A stretch of DNA of 64,000 bases from Ylistrum balloti (Eukaryota), in contig NW_026781915.1 of the NCBI RefSeq assembly GCF_031769215.1, forward strand, positions 1,984,001 through 2,048,000. Reading direction: 5' to 3'. The position numbers and the translations under genes are program-made. This document shows, piece by piece, positions 24,901 through 36,700 of this stretch; position 1 is the stretch's first letter; each line of letters opens with the position of its first letter. The notes below the pieces were generated by a model. It was not told the origin of the DNA and searched no databases. It saw only the letters and a program-made list of their open reading frames with translations.

Positions 24901-26297
24901 TTGCTATCCAGAGCAACTGGAGTATATTGTAATGGCCATTAACACAACCATAAACAGCACAAGAAGGTTTGTGATTTCAACTTATTGAGAATGACACACA
25001 GCCCCTTCTAGGGATCAAATTGCAAAGATTGCCATTTGACATTGGAAAGTCTGTTGCTTTATTGAAATGATACAAATTCATATTTTAAAACTGACGTTGC
25101 TTACTTAAAGAACACTGAATAAAAAACTTACTGTAATAGCCATAAGCCACTGAATTTTCTATTGATTGTCGTGTTTCTGTGTCATTTGCCCAATCCTGAA
25201 AATAAAACAAAAAATATAACTATTACAAGTCACGCTTAAATCAGAATTAAAAAACAAAATGAACTGAATTGTGAAGCATCTAAAAGAAATTCACTTCCAA
25301 CCCTTGATATTTGTGTTGTAGAATTCAGAAAATTATCCGATACTGAACACCTTGTAAATTTGCAGATGAATTCGTACTACATTTTTCATACCACTATTCT
25401 TCAGAAGTCAAAATCACCCAAATATTCATATAATACATGTAACCAACTAGATTAAAATATTGTCTCTATAACAGTAATCATGTGTAAGTCAGTTTTCTTA
25501 AAAGTTTTGACTTAAGCACACAAAATACATACTGAGATTATCATGATCAAAATATAATACCATATAGCTGATAATTTTCACTACTCAAATTTTCACGATT
25601 TTCATATAAAACAATCCAATGATATTTTAACAAATTCAAATTTTTGTGATCTGGTGTAATAGGATATCTTATACATACTTGCCTCATTATTTCACATAAA
25701 ATTTTAAATTATGTTAGTGTAATGTGATATTGGAAAAATTACCTACTATACAGCATTTTGAATAGAAAGTGATCAATGCAAGTTTTACACAACAAATGCT
25801 ACTTATTGTCTTGCAATTTTGGTATACTGTCAAATTGGTCAACTTTTCTCAATAATTTCTATGATCAATATCAGCAAGCTTAAAAGTCATTTTAAAACTG
25901 GGTTTTCATACAATTTATTTCAACTATTGTACAAATTGCTTCAAAAAGACAATAGTTAATAACATAGAAATCAGATGTACATAAAATAATCACAGTATAT
26001 CATGTAATTGTAACCTTGAATATCCTACCTCCTGTACATACTGACCTTGAAGTGACCTTTGCTATCTTTCATGTAGGAGACAAGGAAGACGTCAACTGGG
26101 ATGAGAGCTGTAGTCAACATGATCACACTTAATGCTACAATGGCTGACACCGTACTGGATATGGTGCTGTCCCGTTTACTCATAAAGTACTTTATATATA
26201 TGGTAGAAAATAGCAACACCAACTGCAACAACAAAATCACAACAGCATATATTTTCTTGTCACTAACTTTATTAAGTACATATGTATTTAAAGACAT
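12968..26297 (-). CDS. LMBRD1: Lysosomal cobalamin transport escort protein LMBD1 (537 aa); exons 26297-26046, 25195-25132, 24404-24310, 23366-23299, 22787-22699, 19796-19723, 19460-19335, 19043-18829, 18108-18006, 17653-17549, 17158-17015, 16102-16048, 14985-14876, 13081-12968
   Basis: Fourteen GT-AG exons (1614 nt) join in frame. Recognisable LMBD1 motifs: ALIPVDVFLVSYMK, DWAN, PFMYFFYEEKDEE, ALKYT, AYGMSALPMGLIKG, LRPFEVIFG, IDKALHS, VFPLDY, GVRNIGIWFFWLRMYKIRPRRTRPQG, WFFGAAYYW, and an acidic C-tail. Confidence 0.95.
13120..14640. repeat. 35-bp tandem minisatellite (about 43 units) in the last LMBRD1 intron
   Basis: Unit tagatatcagatcctatggagtgtaatgttacacc. Period 35 (gatatcag at 13159, 13194, and onward). 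Confidence 0.95.
15358..15671 (-). mobile_element. Non-autonomous Helentron-like element, reverse orientation
   Basis: aacaagaggcccatggg at the left end. (gacg)n microsatellite and tcatcagacccttcggtcagatgacctaaaaa at the right end. This is the reverse layout of 4066-5445. Confidence 0.55.
16500..17056 (-). repeat. About 70-bp tandem array made of the last ~42 nt of LMBRD1 exon 11 plus its donor site (8 donor copies)
   Basis: On +, cttactgtgtatctctgactaccaaa recurs with the donor GT at about 16538, 16608, 16678, 16747, 16803, 16873, 16943 and 17013 (the true donor). Confidence 0.9.
20107..22260. repeat. 42-bp tandem array (about 51 units) in LMBRD1 intron 5; open on both strands
   Basis: Unit ccatcaggagaggtgattaaggtggaggatgagactagaaat (ccatcagg at 20119, 20161, and onward). 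One interruption and frame break at about 21030-21060, and one shortened unit near 21259. Confidence 0.95.
22972..23300. repeat. About 21-bp subunit (about 42-bp higher-order) array abutting the LMBRD1 exon 4 donor
   Basis: tacc cores recur about every 21 bp from 22977 to 23297. The array is bounded by two identical catcttaccc copies (22972 and 23291). Confidence 0.8.
24130..24290. repeat. Short degenerate duplication in LMBRD1 intron 3
   Basis: actggacagaca..tgatgg occurs three times and gatggacaaagcaccac twice. Confidence 0.6.
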
Positions 26298-26894
26298 ATA
26301 GTTTTAAGACACTACTCCTGAGTGTAATTCACAATACACAGGTGTATTGCTGACGAGGAAAATTCAACTCCCTCAACCAATTTTTCAAATATCACAATGA
26401 AACTTGCAGGTGTATTCTGGTGATTTTATAAAATATTTTCTGATGTTGCTAGTTATTAAGTATTTTACAGATGTAGCCTGAAGATGCTTCACTATAACCC
26501 ATGCTGTTTGTATAAAATATACAAATGTGAGCCAAGCTGTCAATTTCAGATGTCTTTTCATGTCACTAACTTTACTGGGTATTCTAAAAGATATTTTCTT
26601 TATAAAGATGCTTTACGAAACTTGTTGTCACTTGCTGATTTTTTTTAAAGATCTGTTATTCATCATATAAAACATTACCTGAATGCCTTCTATGAAAACA
26701 TTTGTACTTTATCAGGTCAGAAAAAACACAAATTTGCATATAATATGCAAACTGGCCAAACATACGCCAACTGGGATATGGATTTGTTAATAGATATAAC
26801 CAAAAACTGTTTAAATAGTGACTTTTGTAATATTTGAAATCTGAAAGGCACATTAATTCATGACAAGAAAACAAATTTACTCAAAGATGCTTAC

Positions 26895-27734
26895 TGAAAG
26901 TGCTGGATACTTAAAACATGATGTAACTGTCACTGCCGTAGTAACTGTACTGTTGTTATATAGCCTATATAGGCCATAATTGGTGCATCTTTTTTCGGTA
27001 CTCTCTCATGTTCTAATAAAATTCGCAAATGTATGACGTTTCATGAATAAATCAAAATAAATAAAAGTGACACGGGCAAATAATTTAAAGAAGCTAAATA
27101 AAAAGTTTATTCGCCTATTTTTAGTCAAAAATCCATACCCAAATCGGCGTACAATAGGGTAGTTTGAGGTTTTCCTCGACCTGTTTATGTTCTCGGTTAA
27201 TAATCAAAATTTTTCCGCTAGGCCTAATGGTTGGGGACTTTAGGGTACTGTGCTGAACGCTAAAGAAATATCAGGGTATATTATTGATCCATGCGACCAT
27301 ATATTTTAGTTTATTTCATTACTTCGCATTTACTGTGGTAAATATTGTAACTTCAGTTTACTTTCATATTATTAGCTGGACCTGCAATGGACTGGGAAGA
27401 TGATGTCATGTCACATGATGATAAACAATAGGGTAAATGCATGTAACGTAGTCTCTTGTAATTGTCAGTTTCAATTAAAAATAAAAAGGGAAGTTATTTA
27501 ATGAATTCGTTGTCATATCTAGTAAACTTACAACGATGATGACAACGAATGGAATCCATCCTGCAGCGAGAACCGAACTCGGAATCGCCATTTTTTGTTT
27601 TTATTCGGTGACCATCATCCAGGCTGTTGGGAAGCTTGAAACAGTCGCTTCACAGCTGTCTGAAATCCAAACGTTTCGAAGATAGTGATGTTCTGTGTTC
27701 ATTTTCGTTGGCGGGAAGAAGAAAAAATATTAAC
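26895..27734. promoter_or_regulatory. Probable bidirectional promoter LMBRD1/PRIM2 with E2F and YY1-like motifs
   Basis: Divergent genes. A probable LMBRD1 5'UTR exon donor lies at 26893-26894. CGCCATTTT at 27586-27594. TTGGCGGGAA (E2F consensus) at 27708-27717, just before the PRIM2 ATG. CpG density is raised relative to the flanks. Confidence 0.6.
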
Positions 27735-30700
27735 ATGGATTTCAGCGAAGCAAAAACACGATCGAAACGAACAAGAAAGGGGGTAAAGCTTGAACAGCAA
27801 TACTCCCATCCGCTTCAGTTCTTTCACACACCACCGACAGATACGATATCTTTGCAGGAATTTGAAGAATACGCCGTGGAGAGGTTAAAAGGTTCCCTAT
27901 CTGTACTACCTCATGATCGTTACATTTTGTTTATAGTATATAACTGGTAGCATTATGTAGAAGTTGATAGTACAGGTAGCCTAACCAGCATTGGGTAGTG
28001 GGAACTTCCCTTAGTTGAGCGGTAGAGTGTCCGGCTAGAGATCTTGACCGAAGGGTCGTTAGTTCGAAACAGCAGGGTATTTTTCATTAATCCTATTACA
28101 ATTACAGGGATAAAATCTGTCTAACTGAATGTGTACATGTAACCCTTGTTGTTCTTTGTAGAGGTATGGGCCAATGCGAATCTTGACAGACCAGTTTTCC
28201 CCTTGAAATGCAAGCAATGTTTAACATTTTTATTTAATAGGAATTTAATAGGAAAAATAATGGATGCAGGCTGTAAGCCTCTCTATCCATATCAATGAAT
28301 TGTACATATACAAAAATAATTTTACTTCCGATGTACATTGCATTTTTAACATTTAACCAGTAATCAATCTTATTAATTAATTTATTAGCAGAGTTTCAAA
28401 TAATTGTCCAGTAATATTTCAAATTGTATAACATTATTTGCATCTATTATATATTGTGGTAAACTATTCCATTTATCTACAACTTGAAAACTGAAAAAGT
28501 TTTTTCTGATATCCAAAAGGCATTGTTTTTTTTAAATATTTTTTGTGAATGTCCTCTTGTTTTACTGTTGATATCCATCTTGTAAAAGTTAGTAGTGACT
28601 CGTTTATCGTAAATGTTATTTTAGATTTTGTAGACATTAATCATATCCCCTCTGTTTCTGCGATATTCCAAGGTTGGTAGGTTTAGTTTCCGTAAGCGTT
28701 CCGGGTATGTTAGGTTTTTATATCCTAGTATGAGTTTTGTTGCTCGCCTCTTCCTAACTGTGACAATTTAAATTTTAACTCATCTAATTTATTCGACAGG
28801 TTATCAATATTAGTGTAAAAACATTTGAGGTGATCCTTGAATTCTTGTTGCTTGTTGACTTTTCACTTGTTTTGATCTAATTTCATTTCCTTATTTGCCG
28901 TACTACTTTTCTGTTCCATGGTGGACCTCTGATACGGAATATGTATTTCCCCGACTGTGACTTTTCAAGACTCAACTTTTTTGCTTCCTCCCAGAGTGAT
29001 GCTTCCTTCTCCCTTTCATTTTGTGTTAAATCAATTGCTGATTCGCAACAAATTAAATTGTTCATGACTTTGTAATTTTCTTATGTTCTTGAAGAACACC
29101 TTTTTGTCTTCTGTTGATCCGAAAGTTGCTAAAATTGGCCCTAGATGCTTCTGACTTTGCTTATAATTTTGGATATTCCTTCAAGAGCTCCTGAGTTAAG
29201 CCTACATACAGCCAAGACTTCTCTTATGATTTTGTCGTCTTGTTTCTTTCGCTCACATCTTTCATTGTTGTTTTGCTCCTTAATTTTGCAGGCTAGTATG
29301 TTGGTTTCCCTTTTCTTTCTCTCCTCCAGTACTGTGATAACTTCTTGGGTATTTGTAGATGCTCCTTGTTGTGTTGTTGCTTCATGTGGTGTCCTCCTTT
29401 CTGATTCCACTGCCATTTCCTCCTTTATGATTTCTCTAACTCTATTCTCATTACATTTATTCTTATGTTCCTCCTCTATTCTCTTAACTCTTTCTTCAAA
29501 GGTCTTCATTATCTCCTCACACTTCTGCTCTATCAACTTGTCATTATGGATACTCTTCTCAATAAGTACACAACATTGTGAACAGAACTACATAGCTTCT
29601 GAACTCGTTAATACAGTGTACTCATTATCAGCCATGTCCAAACATTTTGTACAGAAATGCTCCTGACAACGCTGGCATTCAAGCATCTTTGCCTTATCGT
29701 CATCGAATAGTTTGTTACAAACGTTGCACGTCCATTGATCCCTTGACCATGGGGTGGAAAATAATTTGGCTGCTTTGGTTTTCTCCTTGGTTCCCATTGA
29801 TGTTGTTGCTCGTACATTTCTCCATTGTCCGCCGTTGTCAGCATCTTGTTTGTTTACTTTTGGTCTGCTCGGCATGTTTGTAAATTCCGGGTTTCTAGAC
29901 TTGTTCAGGCGTATATCCCCTCGGTGGAAAAGGCTTACAAACAACCTTTCCACACACCAGTTCCCTAATTATCGATATATGTAACTTTAAATTTGAGAAA
30001 TATACCACCGCTCACTTGGAGCTGAAGACGATTGCGTCCGTCGCCATTGACACCGGAAGTCACTTTATCCTTCTGTCACTTTTAGCTTAAGGGATTAGAG
30101 CATGTAACAGCCAAGGGATTTTATTGTATATTTTCTTATTTTGCTTACTACGTATGGAAATCTCGAATGGACAAGATTGCATCATTCATAGTAAATTTAT
30201 TATTTCAGTTATTATGTTACAGCATCCCAGCAGATATGAGACTAGTCTTAATTTTCAAATATCCCCTTATGAAAGCTATAAATGCAAAATGTGCCAGCTG
30301 GTGGAGTAAACATGTAATTAATTGATGTAAAAGATAATATATAATTAACACCTAATGATAGTTATGTAGTAAAAAATAAGATTGAATTGATCAATTTTCA
30401 TCTTCATCCTTACTTTTCCCAATATAATAAATTGTTCAGTCCAGCTTGACAAAGTTTTCCATAAGTGTATCACATACCTACTGAATAATAGAAAACTCAC
30501 CCAGATATGATCCACATGAAGCCAGCTACACAAAAATCTATGGCGGTAATAAAAAATATAGCTGAAAGCAAATTGCATGTTGGACTGACAGTACTAGGGT
30601 AATAATAAGTTATAAAGCTGTATCAGAATTTGATCCTTGTCAGAGACATTGAAAAATAATTGCTCACATTGATGCCAATAAAGTACATCAGTTATATTGT

Positions 30701-33700
30701 TTTCTGGTCTTGGTTTTTTTCAGTATTGAAAGCTCTTGATACAGCAGGTGTTCGGCATATCAGAGGTACTGAAAAGTATACAGAGTTGGTAGAAAAAGAA
30801 ATAAAGAAAACAAAGTTTGGTCCTATTTTGAGGGTAAGATTTAGAACCATATCTATCCACAAATAAGACCGTGCCTACAAATTAAATAAGCCACCTTCAT
30901 TTTTGCAGAATCAATTTTCAAAATAGCAAACTCAGAGTGGTTTACAAACCTTTATACTTTTACAGTAGATGAAGGGGCTTATTTGAAGATAAGATGGTAA
31001 ACAACAGTGTTACAGTTACAAATCAATAACTGTTGATACTCACTACCAGAAGTAAATTGATGTGCTCGCATACAATATTGAGAATAAGTGTTTGAAATTG
31101 GAGAATTTGGTGAAGTTGATTGTCAGTGCACACAAAATGAATGAGACTGCTTGATTCTTTAAAAAAAATCATTCTGTAAATGATTGAAATGCCACAGAAA
31201 TAGGTAATTTTCAAATGTCTGAATGCTTATACATTACATATATTACAATTGTAAAGCAAAGTTCAGTTTATTAAAATTTTATGAGATATTGTTTCGGCTT
31301 TAATAGTATAGTAAGTCAACTGACTTCTGTTAAACAGCTGCCCTAAAACAGTTAGAACTAAAGAAAAATATGTATTTCTATGATATCGAAATTGACCAAA
31401 TCTGGTTGGATTTTTGAGACTGACATGGAAAAGTTAAACACATGGTGACTTGTGGATTTGAAATCAGTTTGCCTTTATTATTTTCAAACATCACTGAAAA
31501 TGGAATATAAGACATCTTTCGTATGATTTGTACTAAAGCTAAATTTCCTGCAAATAGAAGAAAATAACCATTTACCATCCTGTATGAGGTCCATCTGATG
31601 ATTAATTGGTCTGGGCAAAAAATGGCATATGTTAATGATGCTAATAGCATTTTAATGAAGCTGATTATTTGTGTCACAGTGTGACAATTTTAAGTTCTGC
31701 ATTGTAACTTTGATATTCTGATTCAGACTGACAGAAGAGAGGATGAATTCCTTCGACGACTGGACCACATTTCACACTTCATTCTACGACTGGCCTATTG
31801 TAGATCGTAAGTAACCAGACACTGTATTGGCTAAAGTATGAGTCTACAGATTTTTGTTAGTCAGTTTTCTTTTTCATACTTCATTGTTTTCATCAGTCGT
31901 AAATCTTCAGTGAAAAGGAAGTTAACTTTCCACAGATAGATAACAAAGATAGAAAATAGTAGAACTGTTGTAAGTTTGGTAGCCATAATCATCTTGTTAT
32001 TATAAATGTCTTGTTATTTGAGGGAGGAGCTGAGGAGATGGTTTTTGCAGCAAGAGCTGGAGTTATTGAGACTGAGGTTCCAGAGGGAGACACCAGAGAG
32101 CAGACAAGAATTCCTCAGAGAAAATAATCTAAACTACAGTCCAGTATGTTATCTCTGTACTGCTTAATCACAAATCACGTCAAATTTCAATTAACATCAA
32201 AAATTTTTAATCAGTGCTGTACAAAGACTTGTTAGGTTGTAATGGTGTAATAATAGGTTGAGATATCGATGCATTGGTCTTGTCTAGGTTGCATTAGGTC
32301 GATAGCATATTTTCAAGTTGATAACTATTACGAAATATTGATTCTTAACAATAGTTTTATAATTAAACAAAAATGCTATTTGAAAGCAAGATTTTCACCA
32401 AGTAATTGCCAAACAGCTAAAAGCCTTCGTTTATTTATGAAATCATCTTTGGGACCTCAATCAAGGTAGTGCTAAATACAAGAATTGCAATATCACTGAC
32501 TTGACTCTAAATAGAATTTTAAGCACAAGTTGTTACATTAATAAGAGTTTATATCTTCAATAAGTGCTATATCGTTATTGGTTCCAATATGATCTAATTA
32601 AATCTACAAATTATAGTAGGAAAGGTGGTGACTTCTTCAGCTCAACGTCAAAGTTTCAGACCCATCTTTGAGATGACCCATTCCAATAAACAACATGGCG
32701 GAAGGTCGCAGCGTTTTGAAAATCAATCCCATTAAAAAATCAAAGAATTGAATTTACTGTAAAACTAAGGTATATGTGAGAATATTAGTCTTACAGAATA
32801 GCATGTTTATGTATAGAATTAATAATAAGAAAATACGATAAAGTGTAACAAATATCACTGTGGAACCTACTTGATTGTATGAAAATTGTATTTTTGTTTT
32901 TCAATTTTAACATGTGCTTAATTGAGCATTCTCATACATAAATGATTAGTGACTTTGCATTATTTCTGGGTTAAAAAACATGTTAAAGGTAAAAAAGGTA
33001 TCGTGATAGCGTTGCATTAGTAATTTTACTGTCCCATTACTATCGTGATAGCTATTTTGGCCTCAATAGTCACCCCTTCTAGAATGGTATTATCTTCCAG
33101 ATTGAAGGCTCTTTAATGCTTCCATGATCATTAATTCTGGGGAGAGAAGGAATACAGATTGATATATTATTGTTGGTTGTACCAATGTAATGATGGTTGT
33201 CTGCTAATGTGTTTGTCTAGTTAGGTAGCATATTTCCTATCGTCACAAAAATATTAAACGTGTAATATAATGCCAAGAGTTTAGTTTCTAAATTATTGTA
33301 GACTTCTTGATAGAGTATAGCATAATGATAATAATATATTTGTGATGTGCTTTATCATTTCTTAGAGCTTCATATCTTTAGTCATTTTGAAAGTGATTTT
33401 TACCAAATCATAGATAAATTATGCAAACTTTTGTACAAATTTAACAGATTAACTTTTAGACCATTAAGCATGTCTCAATGAAATCTATCACCTGCAAGAG
33501 GTTTACTATGCATTGTAATTCGGTATTAGTGACATTCACCTTTATGACAATAATGTTTGAAATCTGTCCTTGGGTCTAAATCAAAAACATTGAAATCATT
33601 AACTTCCATAATATAAAGGTAGAAGAATTGAAATTATTGTAAAAGAAATGTGCTTTTTGGTTGATAAGGGTAGACATGTTTCTGTATACTAAAGATATTA

Positions 33701-36700
33701 AGTTATAGCTTGTAATTGACAGATTTCTGATGAGGAAAAAAGGGACATAACTCCAGAGTTGATAGCAGCAGCTGGAAGGAACACATCACAAGCACACACA
33801 CAAGAGTATTTCAAGGTGTGTACTATCGAATAAGTTTAAAAATCAGAAACAATCAGGTGTATTTCAAGATTTAGATTCTTAAGGCATGTGTACTGTACAT
33901 GTTGAATAAGTAGTACACCTGTACAAACCAGGTACACACTCCAGTTTATTTTGAGGGTTGTATATTTACCACTTTGCAGAGATGCTGAAAGGAAAGTGTG
34001 AAAGTATTGGGAAATTTCTGTGTTATTGACTATAAATATATCTGTCCAAGCTTGACTGCATGTTAAGATTAGGATAATGACAGATTTTGTATTAAGTATG
34101 TTTTATTTAAATTATTAGAGAGTGAAGTGACAGTCTTTATTCATTTTTTGAAGGTGTCTTTGTTTCGTGTGACTGTAAATCTATACTCTGTAACGATAAT
34201 ATCTACACACTTTCAGATATATGTATCATTTAATTCTTGTCCTCAGGTTCCATTTGTGGAGGTACTAGACCTTATCAGCAAGAGGAAGGTGTTCCTAAAA
34301 GAAGGATTTGCCTATGTGCCACGAGAGGACATGATCTCTATCCTCTTGACCCACTACCGTGCACACCTGTCACATTCATTAGCTGTAAGCGTTGTCCTTA
34401 TACTGTCAATGTTGTCTTAACAGAAATAGTTTTTGAGATTTTAGAAATTTTATTAGATGATGATATTGAGTGTCAGAGCTGTATTTTAATGCTATGATGT
34501 CCTGGATATGATTTAGCTGTAGTTACCCATGTTGTAGATTACAATGTAAATGTATATGTATTCTTGAACAGGTCACCTGTCGAGCCCTCCCTCATCTGGA
34601 GGAGGATGACAGACTACTGCCAATGGTGTGTGGACTAAGTAAGCGCTATGTCGGGCAAGACTATACTTCGAAAAAGACAAATGTTGGGCAAATCACAGCA
34701 GATATGGTTGAGATGGTAAGCTCAAGTCAAGGTTACAGGATCTGGTCACATTTCCTGCAGTAGATGATCTCCATAGAAAAAAGTCAGTGACAGCAAGTAA
34801 TCAAGTTGAATCATTGAACACACTGTATCAGACATATGAGTAACTTTTTTCCCTTTTCTTTTCTTTTTTTTTTCAAACAATCAGCTCTGAAAATTTAGAG
34901 CTGAATACTTTTATACAGTTTATTGTCATTGTGAATTATTCATAATAATGACTAGCAGCAACTGTTGTGATATTCTTGTACATCAGGACAGCAGTGTGGG
35001 GGACAGCTATAATAAGTTTACTGGTAATTCTTGTGTTGAGGTTTTATTTATGACAATTGTTGATATAATTTACATATTTAAAAGAATTTTTTGAAAAAAT
35101 CTTAACCAATTCATCAAAATTTAAACAAGTTTGTATTTTGTGTTTACAGCTCTCCAAACAGTCATTTCCCATGTGTATGCAGCAGTTGCACGAGTCAATG
35201 AGACGAGACCACCATCTACGTCATGGAGGTCGCCAGCAGTATGGGCTGTTCCTAAAAGGCATAGGGCTCTCACTCGAGGAAGCGATGACCTTCTGGAGAA
35301 AAGAGTTCACCAAACTTATAGATGGTGACAAGGTAAAAGTTCCTGTTCCAAAAGTAGGATGTCATGGCTTTTTTATCTGCATCAAAGGATTGAAAGTGAA
35401 ATTGAGCTGTGATTTTTCTGCAAATTTAGGTTAAAAAGTCAAGTAAAGATCAATTCCACAGAATATATATATGAACACTAACATGCAAATTTCATGTTAG
35501 TTTAACCATGCAGGTACCACTCAAATCAAGAGGATAATAAGAATGCTTTGCCTCTAAATTTAGAGAGAAAATGAAATTATGATGGATTCTGAGTTTGTTT
35601 CATCTGCATACAGAACTCTCCATGAACCAGCCAAATGTTGATGTCCCATGTAAGGTTTTTGGAGAAGTTCAATTATATTTTCAAACTTTTAGTGTTTTCA
35701 AGAGATAGAAATCAAGTTTTTTATTTTAATGGACAAAATGTGTTTCAGTTTGACAAGAATTACTCCTACAATATTCGCCATAATTATGGTAAGGAGGGGA
35801 AGAGGGCCAACTATACTCCCTACAGTTGTATGAAGATCATCATGTCCAATGCTCCTGGACAGGGAGACTTCCATGGTAAGGTGTTTATCTTCTCTTGTAG
35901 TTGCTTTCATACTGAAGTAGTTTGTCAGATCAAAGAACTAAAGTGATATTATCACTATCAATACTGCTATACCTATTGAATTGTTGTAAATGTAGTTGAT
36001 GAGAGAAACTTCATAGGTAAGTAAATCTCAACAAGGAGAAGTGCAGTGCATCAGAACCATCACTCTCTTTTGCTTACTTTAGGAGTTATTGCTCTTTGTT
36101 ATTATTAGGTCATCTTATTCGAAGGGTTATTATGACCTAGTCATCGTGCTTTGACAATCGTCGTCAGACATGAGTTAACTTTTGACATTCAAACTTCTTC
36201 TTGAGTTCCACCAGTGGGATTGAGCTCAAACTTGCATGAAATGATCCTGAGATGGTACTGACCAAGTGTTGTTTGAAATTCAAGATGACTGCCATCTTGA
36301 AAAACATACTTGAAAAATAATACTTGGTGGAATTGAGCTCAAACTTGCATGAAATGATCCTGAGATAGTGCTGACCAAGTGTTGATATTTTTCAAGTATG
36401 TTTGAAATCAAAGATGGCCGCCATCTTGAAAAACATATTTTAAACTTCACCACTGCCACTGAGCTAAATATTAGTGGGAATATTAAGGAAAGGTATCCAA
36501 CGAAATGTTGTTCAGGGGTGTTCAATTCCGCTAGCCCGACGCCCAGGGCTAGTGATTTTCAGGTCAGGACTAGCTGTTCCAAGACACTGACTAGCCCATT
36601 GGTGAGAGAAATTTTTCTGTTCTTAATATGCATAAAAAGCCAACCTGTTTCTGTACACATTGGTCAGGGTAGTCAAATTTCACAACCACAGATGGTTTCC

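Noticed and set aside
28005-28105. Functional tRNA gene
   Set aside because: A and B boxes are present, but there is no acceptor stem or consistent anticodon arm, so it is treated as SINE-derived.
29145-29666. Plus-strand ORFs over the CR1 ORF1, and similarly 46005-46466, 62233-62817 and 56809-57168
   Set aside because: They are antisense shadows of real or former coding sequence, with no independent motifs.
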